A DNA stretch of 63,568 bases, the filler included, from Trichomonas gallinae (lineage: Eukaryota): the NCBI GenBank assembly GCA_008369845.1. It is 10 parts of 10 records of this genome, joined end to end, with 100 filler letters (N's around TTAATTAATTAA, not from the genome) between each part and the next. Parts side by side here need not be neighbours in the genome. Positions count along the whole stretch, not along the records: positions 33,844 to 51,049 come from MRSU01000011.1; positions 51,150 to 56,321 come from MRSU01000016.1; 8 more parts are not named here. One strand, written 5' to 3'. Each line of letters begins with the position of its first letter. Position 1 is the first letter of the stretch. Below the pieces are notes generated by a model. The model saw only the letters and a list, made by a program, of their open reading frames with translations, did no database searches and had not been told where the DNA came from. A program made the position numbers and the translations under genes. Below, piece by piece: positions 41,401-52,350 of this stretch.

Positions 41401-42326
41401 TGATGAAAGGTTTAGGAGTCATGCCAGTTAAGTTATTTAGCACAAATCATCCAAAACGAGAAATTTCGCATAAAACTTCACAGAGATCATCAATAGAGGT
41501 CCTAGCAATAGCATTGAAAGACATTAAACTTTGCTTGAAGAATGGAATCGTTGAAATTTTCGGTATTAAGGATAATCAAATTAAGATTGGATTGATTAAA
41601 GAAAATTTTGTTGAAAGCACAACGATTCAAGCATCAACAACCATGCTGTCTGTATATTCATCCGAGAAATATGCATATACAGCTTCAAATTCTCAAGCGA
41701 TTTCAACAATTCGCTTTGGAACTGTTCAAGATTCAATTAATTTCTCAAATATAATATTATTGATGGATATGGATCATCAATACACTGCGTGCGTCACAGA
41801 AGATTCAGTTATTCACGTAATTGAAAATCGTCCTTCTCCAAAATTATCGATAATTCCTCTAGATAACGATATATCATGCATAAAAGTCAAATCTGAGTTC
41901 GATATGCTCGTTTTTGGCACAAAGAAAGGAATGATCGGTTTAATTTCGATTAGTGAACAATGCATCACGAAATATATTAGGATCAATCACCCAATTGACT
42001 CAATTTCTATTACCCCATCATGGGGTTTCATTGTTGCTGCCTCAAAGAAAGAAATAACAATTACCGATATTAATCTCAATGTTATTGCATCAAAGAAATT
42101 CGAGAAGAATATAATAAACTGGTGTGTATGGAAGGATATACACGGTTTTGATCAAATCGCTGTACATTTTGAAGATGGATTTATATTAATGAGCGAAGTC
42201 TTTTATTTGGAGTTCGAATACATCGGAAAATTCAATCACAGTAACACGCAGATGATTTTTATGAATCATTCATCGAAATTATTTGTATTGTCTGAAGACG
42301 GACATGGTGTTTATCTATCTATATAG
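35454..42326 (+). CDS. Beige/BEACH domain protein (helical, ConA-like, PH-BEACH, WD40), about 2290 aa
   Basis: WLNYEITTYEYLLELNRRSSRSFNVLNQYPLMPWV, LQSGKFDHAPRLF, ELTPEFF, LPKWA, RKALESDYVS...WIDLIWG and C-terminal WD-like strands. The first in-frame ATG is at 35454. Confidence 0.95.
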   Translation: MTNVSDDVLAIFNLQLPTEFPETMPKELLSILRSIKLPILRMNSFIQIPNSPDLTEMFKFLNFAFPIIPTILLLIEKQDQFDQQSADALSVILLYTYISWLMYINETGDFQYTDLILNCIPVLSNSKNFNLLRTVFFKMISRCLKETEKVTLNTIFQAVVDYYAILEMKDIEYENTLISILNFVTSQNHDDAHVFMMFIIEMFSDGYKFSEESALRVFKSIIPFAVQLDSAGLNLMLILRKSIPEKSFVKTYKDVIKSTTNLRHQIDSIEDALSNPSMLFYTKELEPKISFEFSKNETFEETLTQENLQETEINMQNTIVLPEVVESLRIISTITRQDDSYCEILLKQYSLAYQKDFSILITLINIITYIPLNPANVMIYLNLLLNSKIFHDSYDPKSNSQYYQLFFSTVKSLYISNFKGISYIYSMKCLSFFITPVLIEVMLNYFSTIEKSELSSNNFINSFVKSSCYFQEQHKYANNENFELIQSARKSILIFITKVANDEELSQIWFSDSNFLRHLFSLLCEQPVKPLAENILITYASKSAANITEIFPLELLYAFEQFSLYFPQEEFVNLGISVITIANTVLSTDITKSSIFYQLCPILIAAMSRLSKEEFCFQFFTICMKFLNFNSTKYILSFSEISILAVLTHSFSAEQYKMLTEDFYQELLYDSTYNTKYFYQNAQILSLLFECCSSSDVYIRLLKQIQENIQNSLYNIKICFNSQFDIYLLEKLLKFKYQENSDAELISLMLQLLDLILTYFCHEKAASLVADLLLPLAPNTISKYHEKFVNFFLGLLSNPKGKENAYATLSNETQIIEMNNAIHFKSGEFYKIGVNIFIENHVDVSFRLFSFTDGKNTININLKGDKLNALAISDTRDEYNFKNLIKRGEWTKFYISIFINKKKLNLTAFIGDAQETATFDHFDYIIDSHSTYAFLPYDFTYKFPIGYISKITFETAEVYKPVEIIPPQIEVAKFIDTFFGTEEKLKQILMILSYEKYFNSNENLAEKSISWVVIILSKIFTLNPISQCTFTSKGCPQLLSEILVRLENITYITYLTLYELTKSIETTLVVPYLKYVILNMDIWCKCKYKDILSIIMHWNTVILVQYQNSMSQALTVYDFVHFVKDNYDESDEDIRAIITTYIHVLTRVISTNIDQNQIQYLIGECQITKTFEVIKTFVAFTKAITVLVQNPLMSKYYQLLHTQVSSCDEQMFIDIMDIILHLRKRNMLTTSFSRQVLAILRLIPQTICTPTVLKYLVNAVSSGIIELIPLCCYVCCECSDATSFLKAIENKSGLNDSDDIIIWLLILFDHFEDYRKQIFETIFDVSKISVVCSIIFILRSPFLCEHLATDFLSLAIDKIIEHSSSMQQQTVAILLHFSFASILFQPRISKDIFIETLIFNSQYKYKMPRRSSSMMLPIYKILDKSITSSLADKFVFSLSVNEHGKWNDEEFALKVIKLYSLFPTMDHAAFDICICSFLAKNHPNEVVEHLKTLPQQFLTTRATYGIILRLYEQNIDFDLSFCESEYSREAAFRSLESIATDFPLKEIVNVIISRIKDNHNDAENEEKSIIVSCYKDIIDITQKLDSSYSKEKNEVKMRCLTELKQIYDTQNSKIGKLSPIKYYTRDLSLCNGVPMKLKINEDYTDHKAASMKRDDSNAPKEEMKNPKFTEPKNPNLTLITAFGEFPASVIRTKKYWIVKSAVLTQKIPVTDILSFVEKTYLHKHRAFEVYLRNGKTLFFVQDKTTFISDFPALPPIQSITNQWLNYEITTYEYLLELNRRSSRSFNVLNQYPLMPWVILDFNSESLNLNSPSTFRDFSLPAGMISHDKLQKNIAKTGPFIFNSAPMNEMTVLHYFIREEPFSTLHIHLQSGKFDHAPRLFCSIPDIIESKDFASELTPEFFCHPDFLINKNKFDLGLENSDVILPKWALSPIQFVYINRKALESDYVSENINKWIDLIWGVEQNKGYNTYNTVLYQDRPDENMMKGLGVMPVKLFSTNHPKREISHKTSQRSSIEVLAIALKDIKLCLKNGIVEIFGIKDNQIKIGLIKENFVESTTIQASTTMLSVYSSEKYAYTASNSQAISTIRFGTVQDSINFSNIILLMDMDHQYTACVTEDSVIHVIENRPSPKLSIIPLDNDISCIKVKSEFDMLVFGTKKGMIGLISISEQCITKYIRINHPIDSISITPSWGFIVAASKKEITITDINLNVIASKKFEKNIINWCVWKDIHGFDQIAVHFEDGFILMSEVFYLEFEYIGKFNHSNTQMIFMNHSSKLFVLSEDGHGVYLSI

Positions 42327-42525
42327 ATTTATTTATTTGTTTGTATATAAATGAATTCTTTTCAATTAGCGTTCTTATTATAGTTTAAATTTTTTTTTTG
42401 AATTCATTAATGTTGATTGATAGCTTCATTGGCTTGTGGCTTTGCAGAATAACATAGTATTTATACATACATACAAAACAAGAGATATTTTCATTAAAAA
42501 TACAAATCTGAAATATTCAACAACA

Positions 42526-43056
42526 TTATGGGGTGACTGGCTTAGGTGAATTTCTATTGAGGTTAAGGGGAGGAATAGATTGAAAGTCATGCGGTAGAAC
42601 ATAAGGAACTCTATTAAATAACTGAAGGAAATTAGCGATAGGATCACATTGCTCATGGCTCTTCATGGTCTTTCCCTTTAGCAGTTCATCAGCACGATCT
42701 TTCACAGATGTATTCCATCTATTTTTAACTAATGTGTCATTTCTTCCTGGAAGGAATCTAGCAATATCTGCCCATCTATTTCCAAGAATCTTTTGTTTTT
42801 GCGCAAGGATTACATCCTCGTTATATGTCCAAGGTCCTTTATTGATGTTAGGATTTAGATGATTATGCCACCTTTCACGACATTGCTTTGCAGAACGTCC
42901 TTCCAGTTGCTGGGCCAATGCAGCCCAGTTTTTCGGTCCATTTTGCATTATAAACTGAATGATAATTTGATCTTCAGTTCTTGTGAATGGGCTTTTGTGT
43001 ATAGGCTCATTTGATTTGGACTTTGCACGGTTTTTACTATTCTGTGATAGACGCAT
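42526..43056 (-). CDS. R2R3 Myb DNA-binding protein
   Basis: FTRTED...GPKNW...RSAKQCRERWHNHL...WTYNED...GNRWADIARFLPGRNDTLVKNRW. Confidence 0.97.
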   Translation of the reverse strand: MRLSQNSKNRAKSKSNEPIHKSPFTRTEDQIIIQFIMQNGPKNWAALAQQLEGRSAKQCRERWHNHLNPNINKGPWTYNEDVILAQKQKILGNRWADIARFLPGRNDTLVKNRWNTSVKDRADELLKGKTMKSHEQCDPIANFLQLFNRVPYVLPHDFQSIPPLNLNRNSPKPVTP

Positions 43057-43963
43057 CTCTTAAACTAAAGAGAAAGAGACAAAAATGATAGTCGTGTGAC
43101 ATGTTTTTGGCAATGCGTCATCACTTCTCAATTTTTAATTTTTTGAGTCCTTCACATTTATCGCACAACACTTAGTGAAATCATGCGAAATCTGCTATAA
43201 ATGGTTATTAACATGAATATAATTATTCCGTTTTATTTTCTATATTTTTATAATTTTTATTATTTGTTGTTATTTTAATATATTATATCAAATAATATCT
43301 TTTTTCTTTCATTAATTTTTTTCATCAAAATACTTTTTTAATTATTATAATAAATTATATTATTTTATAGTATAAGAAATTTTTTATTCCATTGTTTAGT
43401 TTTGAGAGCAACTAAAAAATTGTTAACTAATAACATTTTCAATTAGCCGAGCAATGCATTAGAAATCAAACCAGCCAATAATTTTATTGAAGTTGGTTAA
43501 CCTTTTGGTTTATTATTTTGATTTTAAAAAACATCAACATTGACTTTGTTCTTTAGTATTTTTAAATAGGGAATATACATGATAATGATAGTTCCAACCG
43601 ATTGTTGTATAGAACAATGGAATATTTAAAAAAAATACCAAAATATAATTAAAATACAAAAACTTTCAACAATTAATAAGACTCATAATTACTTAAGAAT
43701 ATAGATTAATGAGTTACTATTTCATTTTTCTATTGATCAATATTTTCCAAATTATTTGTATCGTTTTAATCCTTTAATAATTAATTTTGGAAAGTTCAGG
43801 TGCATACCAATCTATTATTGCTCTGCAATAAGTAGGAATACGAGATTAATTTAAGCAATATTTTAAAAAATACTTCTATTGATTATTGATATTGATTATT
43901 CGATCATATGGATCTACTTACTGATTATCTGCATAGTTATATGCAGTTATTGTGCTAATATGA

Positions 43964-45063
43964 TTAGGAATTTGGAATTGGTAAGATCGGTTCTCCTTGG
44001 TATATGAAAGCATGATTTTTGTATTTGATGTATTGCTCCGATGCGAAGTTTGCTAAACAAACAAGACTGAATAACATGTAAGTTAATGCAAGTATACAAG
44101 CAACATAACAATTAATTGAAGGCAAAGCAGTGAATTCTAAAAATGATGGGAAAACATAATCTGCAAATAATAGAGCAAAAGAGGAACGAATTGATGTATA
44201 AAGTTTTGAATACGACGGGCAATAACCGCCGATAAGCATACAAATGACAAATGGAAACAAAAGCAAAGGAGCTAAATACATGCTTGTTGGACTAATATCT
44301 GAATAATTTAATATGTAATGTTTGGACAACCCAACTAATGAAATTGTACATTGTATACAAAGTAAAGTCTGAAGAATAGTTTTATCAATACTTCCTGCTC
44401 CAAGAATTATCAAAAACGAGAAAATATGAATGCAAAATATATTCATATATGTAGGTTTTGAAGCTTGGAATACAGAATCGGTAAGTCCTAAAATTGAAAT
44501 AATCAAACCCAATAATGTGATAATTATATTTGGCTGAATATCAGATTTTGAAAATTTGAGTTTGTACTCAACTTTAGTACAACCATTTGGTATTCGTTGA
44601 CTCTTTGAAATCAATAATAGCCAGGATATTTCATTTGGCCCACAAATTGCAGAGTATTGTGCTTGCAATACATGTTCTGATATATTAATAATACCAGATT
44701 CAGATACAGCACATGGCAAATCTGGAATAGCAGAAGTATGAATATAATCAACCTGGTCGTAGAACTGCTGCAGTTTAAATTGAGAGCAGAATATCAATTC
44801 TGGGTCAAATAGCTTCTGGGAGAATCTATAATGATAAAATGAAGCAATAGATGAGCGTATTGATAGACTTGTTTTTGCAAATTCATTTAATTGATACATA
44901 AGAACGATTATAATTGATAGCACAAGTAATACTTGCGATTTAGATATCTTCCCTCTATCTAAATACTGATATCTAGTTGATAAAAGATCTATTTGATGAT
45001 TACTAATTTTCTAAAAGTGACAATAAGCAAAATGTCATTTTTCGCTTCGATTTTTTTCTCCAT
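43964..45063 (-). CDS. Six-TM membrane protein, possibly a miniature mucolipin/TRPML-like channel; one frameshift near 45007-45010
   Basis: The track ORF frame extends upstream without an ATG to about 45009. One extra A in an A4 run joins it to ATG 45063. The product has S1, a ~120-aa luminal loop, S2-S5, a pore-helix-like YTSIRSSFALLFADYVFPSF segment and S6. Confidence 0.5.
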
Positions 45064-45779
45064 GAAAAAAAAAAAAAATTAATCAAAACATTTGTCTTAA
45101 CCAAATGATTAACTTTCCTATAATATTATCTTCTACCTGCAAAATATCCAGTTTTCTTGCATTTTGAGAACCATGAAATATCATCTATCGTTTTCTTTGT
45201 TGTAGTTTAATTCAGATCTTTTTGGATTCAATCATTGATTTACCTAATAGGCATATTTTAGATATTTTCTTCTCCTTAAATCCAAGTAATATAGTTCCAT
45301 TTTCGATTGATTCAATTAATTATCGTATGATTTGCTATTCTCATATTAATAACTTGTTTATATACAATTAAGGGGATTATATGCATGATTACTGAAGTAT
45401 ATAATTGAGATCCAAACATTTACTATTTGAGTATTAGTAAATGACTTGTTTTATTCAATCATGTGCATTGTGCATATAATAAGTATGAATACCATCAGAG
45501 TAGAATTGAGAATATTTGATATTTTTTAGAATTCAATATTCCATGTAAGTATAGTTTTATGAGTCTATATAATAAAAAGGATCTACTTTGTCTAAGGGCC
45601 CATCTTTCAGCAACATAATATGATATTATTGGTCAATTTTAATTTACCCAATAATTTTAACATGATATTAACTAAAATAGATGAATAAATAACTGATAAA
45701 ATGTTACAAATACACATGTTTACCGAATTTTATATTATTATGCTGATAGATTACCAAATTGAAACTTTGTTCCATTGTT

Positions 45780-45980
45780 TTAAACAAAGTATGTAGGTTC
45801 AATTGGTTCAACAACTCTTTCGGAGTCAACCTTGAGTTGGGATGGAAACTCAGAGAACTCATTGGCTGGCTGGTTCTTGATTTCCTGTTCCTTCTTAGCG
45901 GAAACTGGGACAATCTTGACGTTCTGGTAGAGCATATCATCATACTCGGGATCGCGGAGGCAGAAGTTGGTGCTGAACAT
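45780..45980 (-). CDS. Small hypothetical protein, 66 aa
   Basis: GC-richer coding-like composition, Inr-like TCATTT and M3-like GACGGTTA upstream, and a stop embedded in TAAA. Confidence 0.65.
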   Translation of the reverse strand: MFSTNFCLRDPEYDDMLYQNVKIVPVSAKKEQEIKNQPANEFSEFPSQLKVDSERVVEPIEPTYFV

Positions 45981-48900
45981 CTCTAGATGAAAAATGATGT
46001 GTTTTTTTCATAACCGTCTTCTTATTCAATTAATCTCAAATTATGACCAATTGTCGAAAGAAAAAATTCAGGGAAAAATTGGCTTTACTCCTCTCAAACT
46101 TTGCCAAAGTTATCTATACTAGCAGAGTATTGCAGTAATCAACTTTTTGATTTTCAATGGTCTCAATTCTCTAAAATCAATTTTTTTGAGATTTTTTGCG
46201 AATAATGATGTTAATACTATATAGACACTTTTAGGTATGTTAGGCAGGCTTGATATGACTGCGACTTCAGAAATGAAACTTTTCAATGATAAAATCATAT
46301 AATATATATTCATTACATAGCATGATTTTCATTTTATTTTAGAAAAATGTCAAAAAAGTAAAAAAAAATTTGCTCGAAAATAAAATTCGGCCAAAAGTCC
46401 CTAAAGCATGATACAGCTCATTAATTCCAGTAAAGGTTATTAAATCTCAGTTTATGCACAAATTTTTTTTTTGTCCGGACAAAATCAATTCTTGCATTCA
46501 AAAAACGAACAAAAAACATTGTTCTATACAGTGAGATTATTCATTAATACGATTTCAAATAAATATAAAAAGGTTTTGTAAAGTATTTGAAAAGAAAAAT
46601 GATTTTGATTGAAATGAATGAGAGTTCAATGCTCGTATTTCGCTAAAGTTACCTCCACCATATACAAGCGTGGACCCCATAACGTTTAAACTTTTAAATT
46701 TAAATTTTTTCTGAGGTGTCTTTAAGAAAATCCCGCCGTGCTGGAATGATGTAGGATAACATCTACGCACACAAAGAACACATCTGTTTATCTTATTCAC
46801 CTTAAATATGACAGTTTATTTGATTGGCAAAAGATTAGATAAGAGAAATCATGTTTTTGGACAGATTAACAATAGCTATGACTGTACCGGCCTTCCTTTA
46901 GGCATGTTAGAATCATTTATTATGATTTGCAAATTTGATTGATTTCGTAAAATGCATGATAGGAGGCTTAATCGGCTTCACAAACCAACCATATAACTAA
47001 AAAACATGAAATTAGCATGATATGCCAGTTTTACAGTAAAAATTTGGGTTGCAAAAAAGCTCGACATCTGAACCTTCTGCTTTTCGGAGTCATCATTACT
47101 AGGACTATAACATATTTTCCCAAAATATAATTCCTATGGCATGCATCTCGATTTTATCTCAATTTTAACGATGGACTCATCTTAAGACGTTCATGCAAAA
47201 CATATGTTATCAGTTCAATTAATAGTTTAGAATTAAATAAGCATGATTATTCAGATATTATCTAATTTGGATTGATTAATTTATAGAGAATGCCATGACA
47301 TATACCAAATTTATAAAACTTTCCTCATAATTCCATGGATGTGTCATATAATTTAGTGAATCTAGGAAGAAAAAGATATCAAATAGTCTAAAAAACTTAA
47401 TTTGCATTTTCTAAAGCTTATGTATCTGTAAACTTCCAAGTAGGGATTATAAATACAAATAATCAAACTATGAAAAGTAATAATTCAAGAATTGAAATTA
47501 ATTTGATATGCTATTCATTCATGGAGGTAATAATTTTGGTATAAATAAAACGATTTTGAAGTTAAAATCAGTGGATTTAACGAGTAACTACCTATTATGA
47601 TAAATTGTTCATTTAGGAAAAGTAGTTTTTCATTGTTGTAGTTGTTGTTCATTTGACATGAGAGATTATATTGCATCTTACATGCGGAATGTATTGCTAA
47701 TGTTTTTGAAATAAATTTTTTATCAAAATGTGTTGAAGACATATTGCTATCTTTTTTTGAATAATACTTAACATATTGGACTATACAAGCAATAAGAGGT
47801 AAAGTATTTTATCAAGAAAATGGTTTCATGCATCAGAAGTGAAAGATGATATAACCTTTAATCATATGTCACTTTTATATCCCTAAAATTTGCTTCTTTT
47901 TCACCTAAAATTGCTTTCTTTTATTCTTTCCAATATAGGACCATGATGATGAATAAATCATTTTCCTCGTTAAAGTTTTCGATTTTGAGCAATCTCTTAT
48001 AAAATCGAATAATTCTTCACACATGATGCATATCAGCCATAGCATGCTAAAACAAATATATTCATTAATACATATTGAATCATTTTGACTGTGTTTCATT
48101 TGATGAAAACGATAATATGGCTCACTTTGGGATGAAAGAATCAAAAATAACAATGATGAGTGTGAGTCAGGCGATGTTACATGAAAAATTTCATTATTTT
48201 CGTGACTTTGGGCATTACACTTCATGAGTCTAGCTGACCAATTTGGCGTAGTATTGAGGTCAAATTGCCAACAATTTCTATTCATTGAAATTTGTTATTT
48301 CAATATTCAACACCACTGATGACACATTTATCTGGTATTATCTCAAAAAAACTCAATATTCACTCATGCATCACAGAAATAACGCTACCTAATTTTATTC
48401 CAAATCATTATAAGCAATTTACTAAGAATACACTACTATACACAATACCTACAGACAATACTATCATATCTAAATGTATACTAGATCTTGCAAAAAGTAT
48501 GATTTTAGAATTTCCAACTTAAAGCTGAATATGTCAAATGAAGTTGGATATTGACGGAATACAGAATAGTATACAAAAATACAAAAACTGCCAAGCACAG
48601 AAAGTCTCTTGCACGTCAAATCTACAAAAACATCTTAAGTTTGTACGATTGGTTGCATCTACATAGTTATTATTTATATTATGTTTGATTTTAATTCTAG
48701 AAACTTAAATTATTTTTAGATTAGAGATTATATCAAGAAGAAAAACTTTTTTGAATATACAATTAATAATAAATGCTTCAAATATTAGTATTGCTAGTTG
48801 AAAGTCTATTCGTTTACTCAAATAATCTTGAAATTACAGAATCATTGTTGAGTAAAATGAAGTACATCAGACTTAATGCCCTCATATTGATGTCCTTAGT

Positions 48901-50567
48901 AAAAGGCTTAAATTCAGGCCAACTTCATGTTCTTATTAACGTATTTGAACAATTTTTATAACAAGCATCATCAAAAACATTATTGTAGGCTTGATAGATA
49001 AGGCATCTGTTGTAATTGACTCCAATTATCAGAATCTAAACGGTTTGATTGAAATTCTTATGAAATTCTTATGAAATGTTGAGCAAGCTATAATAGGCTG
49101 ATGTAGGACTTCGATTATGCCCAAACCTTCAACCATTCAATGTCATATTGGTAATTATTTTTTTGATTATTTAAGATTTCGAAAAGTTGATCAACTCTTG
49201 AGACAAGCATGAAACTGGACATCATGCTATATAATACATTCATAGGACTGCTAATTTCGAACAATCATTGGCGAATATTGCTCATTGTCGTATGAAGCTA
49301 ATCAATGCTTAGGTTATGTAAAGTCGAGGGAATTGATAGACTTGACTTGGAATGAAAATCGTTTACAATTATTATTGTTAAACGTTTAATTCGTTTTTTT
49401 TTGCTAAATTATTATCATCAATGCATTAGTCTGGATCCATGAAACAAGTTTCAGCTGCTTTTAGTTGAGAAAGCTCATCTCACGCAGAGACATAGATAAG
49501 AATGAAAAATTTGATTATCCTCTCAAATCCTCACAAATATTTCTGAGATTCGTGCGTTAATTCTGAAAAAGCAAAATTTTATATCGTTGTTTCGCAATTC
49601 GTCGATATTCCACATGAATATTGACGACAAATGATAGCACAGGCGATTGCCTCATTTTATTACCGTGGCAAATTTATTCCACTCGTTTTTATTTTTTCTC
49701 ACATTTTTACTGATCAACAAACTTCCAAAAATATTACCAAAGTTTTGTAGTTCATCAGGAACTATAGCTATAATACGTTAAAATGTTTCGATAAAACTTT
49801 GCTGAAAAGAAATTTCAATCTGAATTTCGTCCAAACACAAAATCTTACACACAGAATTACATATAAAGATGCTAATTGACTAACAGAAATTATTACCAAT
49901 ACTTACATATTTCTGCAACCACCAGAAAAAAAGTTTATACTTCGATTGATACACATACCCTAGTTTTGCTTTTTATAATTGCATATTACTATTCAATTCC
50001 ACTATTATAAGTATTTTAATGCTAAATAAAGTTGAAAAATCTTTATAAAATTTAATGTTATATTTTTCAATATGTCGAGGAAAAGAAATAATTATTTTTA
50101 ACGCTAATACAACAAATTCTTCTGTATAAAGTTATAATCCCAGTAATTTTCTGTTTAAAAGGAAAATTTCTAATTTTGGAAATTTGATGGAGATTCAGAA
50201 TTAGTTTTGTGGCTTCTTACGAAGACTATAGATTGTAATATCGCTGATGTGACTGTCAATGCGAAATTATAGTCCAAAAGATAGGAATGAATGAGATCGA
50301 CGCAATTGAAGATTGGGAAGTGAAAAAATGACCTTTCTAAGTATTTTTGTCGTTGTTAGACCGTATTTGACCAAATTGCTGCAAAAAAACAGATCCAACC
50401 CGACTCGCAAAACATGCTCGCTGCACTCGCGTGTTTTGCTTCGTCAAGAGAATGTGAAACCGATCAACAATTGAATAGTTTACGAATAACTCAATTTTTG
50501 AATGGTTTACAACGGTTTCCCTCAATAAGACTCAATGTGTGACATATAAATTGAATAGAGAATAAAA

Positions 50568-50639
50568 TTCTTTCTTTTTCCCTTTCCTTCTTTTTTCTCT
50601 TTTCCTCCTTTTTTCCTTCCTTTTTCTTTTTTTTTCCCT
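50568..50639 (+). repeat. 72-nt pure polypyrimidine tract
   Basis: Only C and T from 50568 to 50639. Confidence 0.9.
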
Positions 50640-51049
50640 ACTTGATAACGTGCTGTCAGAAATCAATTGTGAACAAGATAAAACAGTGGCAAAAATGTGG
50701 AAATAAACAAATTGCATCATCTAATGTTTTATCGTTATGCATATTGTGGAATATGGAGTATATATGTCAAACTTTGATAAAACCTCAAATCATGAAAATC
50801 GTAAAAAGTTAGATCAAAATAGACATTTTGATTCTATGCAAAAATTGAATTTTGTTGCTTTTCAGATGAGTAAAATCGTTTAAAATGAATTTTAACTCAT
50901 AGGATATATCTTATTTTACTCTATAGTTAATTTGAAAAAGTCAAATTGAACGTACGTCAAGCGTACATCGATTATTAGATTATGTAAGTTTCTGTTACCG
51001 ACAACACCCATGCGTCTCTGCGGATATAGATAGGTTAGGCATAGCCCTA

Positions 51050-51149
51050 NNNNNNNNNNNNNNNNNNNNNNNNNNNNNNNNNNNNNNNNNNNNTTAATTA
51101 ATTAANNNNNNNNNNNNNNNNNNNNNNNNNNNNNNNNNNNNNNNNNNNN
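51050..51149. other. Artificial contig linker
   Basis: N44-TTAATTAATTAA-N44. Confidence 0.99.
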
Positions 51150-51449
51150 AGATAAGCTGCAAAATTGAGTTTTTATGAAAATTTCAATCGATGATGAAAT
51201 TTTAAAATTCATTTAATTCAACTTTTATGTATCTGGGGATATAGAGAATGAAGTGTACATCTTATCTGTACTTTGTTGGACGTACTAAAACAAACATGAG
51301 GGCTGATAGACCCTGTTTTTTAGGCCCGAGAAAAAAACAGTTGAGTCATCCCTTAATCGCAAAGCGGATATCGAGAAAAGCGCTGATTTCGATTAACCTT
51401 AAAAATGAAATTCTGAAGATTACGAGTGGGCGTAAATGCACCCTTAATG

Positions 51450-51550
51450 AATTTGGCACATTTTATTTTACACGTCAGAATGGCAATTTTACATGGCAAA
51501 ATATGTCACTTTTCGTTAATATATTGAAGATTTTTTTACTCTATGCTTTC
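51450..51550 (+). repeat. Dispersed repeat copy related to 29130-29250
   Basis: TTTATTTTACACGTCAG...AATTTTACATGGCAAAATATGTCACTT...TACTCTATGC. Confidence 0.55.
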
Positions 51551-52037
51551 TGAATGCAAAATGGCTCAAGGGACTAAATGGATACATCGTTCTTCGCTAC
51601 CCTTTATCATTATTCAATGCAAATTAACGATAAATTCGATTTTTAATTCTAATTACCAAAATTACATCGCTTCATCAATGTAATTACTGATATTATTACA
51701 TTTTTCTACAACCCTTCTAGTTAATGCCATTTTTTAATCTTCGAAATCTAGATTTTAAATTTATAGTTTATCAGTTCAATCATGCTGTATATGTATCGGT
51801 ATGCAATGATATGTACGTGAAAAACCTATTCACTTCTAAACATAAATGACCTTATTTTAATATCAAGTTTATATGATATATAAATATTATATCATATTGA
51901 TAAATATGATACTTTCTAACTGCTTGAATGATTATAAGAGTTTAAAATTACAACTTTTATCAGATAATTTATTTGCGATTTGGAAAGGATTCCGCTGGAA
52001 AAACCAGGTGTCCGTGCCTTTTCTATCCTAGGCTTGT

Positions 52038-52055
52038 TATATATATATATATATA
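52038..52055. repeat. (TA)9 microsatellite
   Basis: Direct read. Confidence 0.85.
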
Positions 52056-52350
52056 GATCACCTATCATTTGATTTTTTCTTAAAAATTTTCAAAATAAAT
52101 GGCTTACTTTTCTCTCAATTAGCTAGCTCATCCGAAACTTCCAAAATTACTCAATTTATCGTAGCAATCCTTTTAATATGTATCTAGATCTTATTGAATT
52201 CACAATAATTTTGTAAAAAATTTACCGATAGAGAATTTTTAAAAAAACATTATGCCATATCTCACATAGATAAAGCTGTCGAAGATTTATCACAAATTAT
52301 TCGTAGAAAGATAGCGGTTTTGTAAAACTTTAGCCAATTAGAATTGAAAA

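Noticed and set aside
45000..45020. Intron or programmed frameshift in the TRPML-like gene
   Set aside because: No trichomonad branch/3' splice motif and no canonical slippery heptamer; a homopolymer indel is simpler.
50468..50483. 15-nt match AATTGAATAGTTTAC to the V-ATPase upstream region (~23017)
   Set aside because: Expected by chance in AT-rich sequence of this size.
50532..50720. Lys/Arg-rich 62-aa ORF
   Set aside because: Translation of the homopurine tract; no coding signature.
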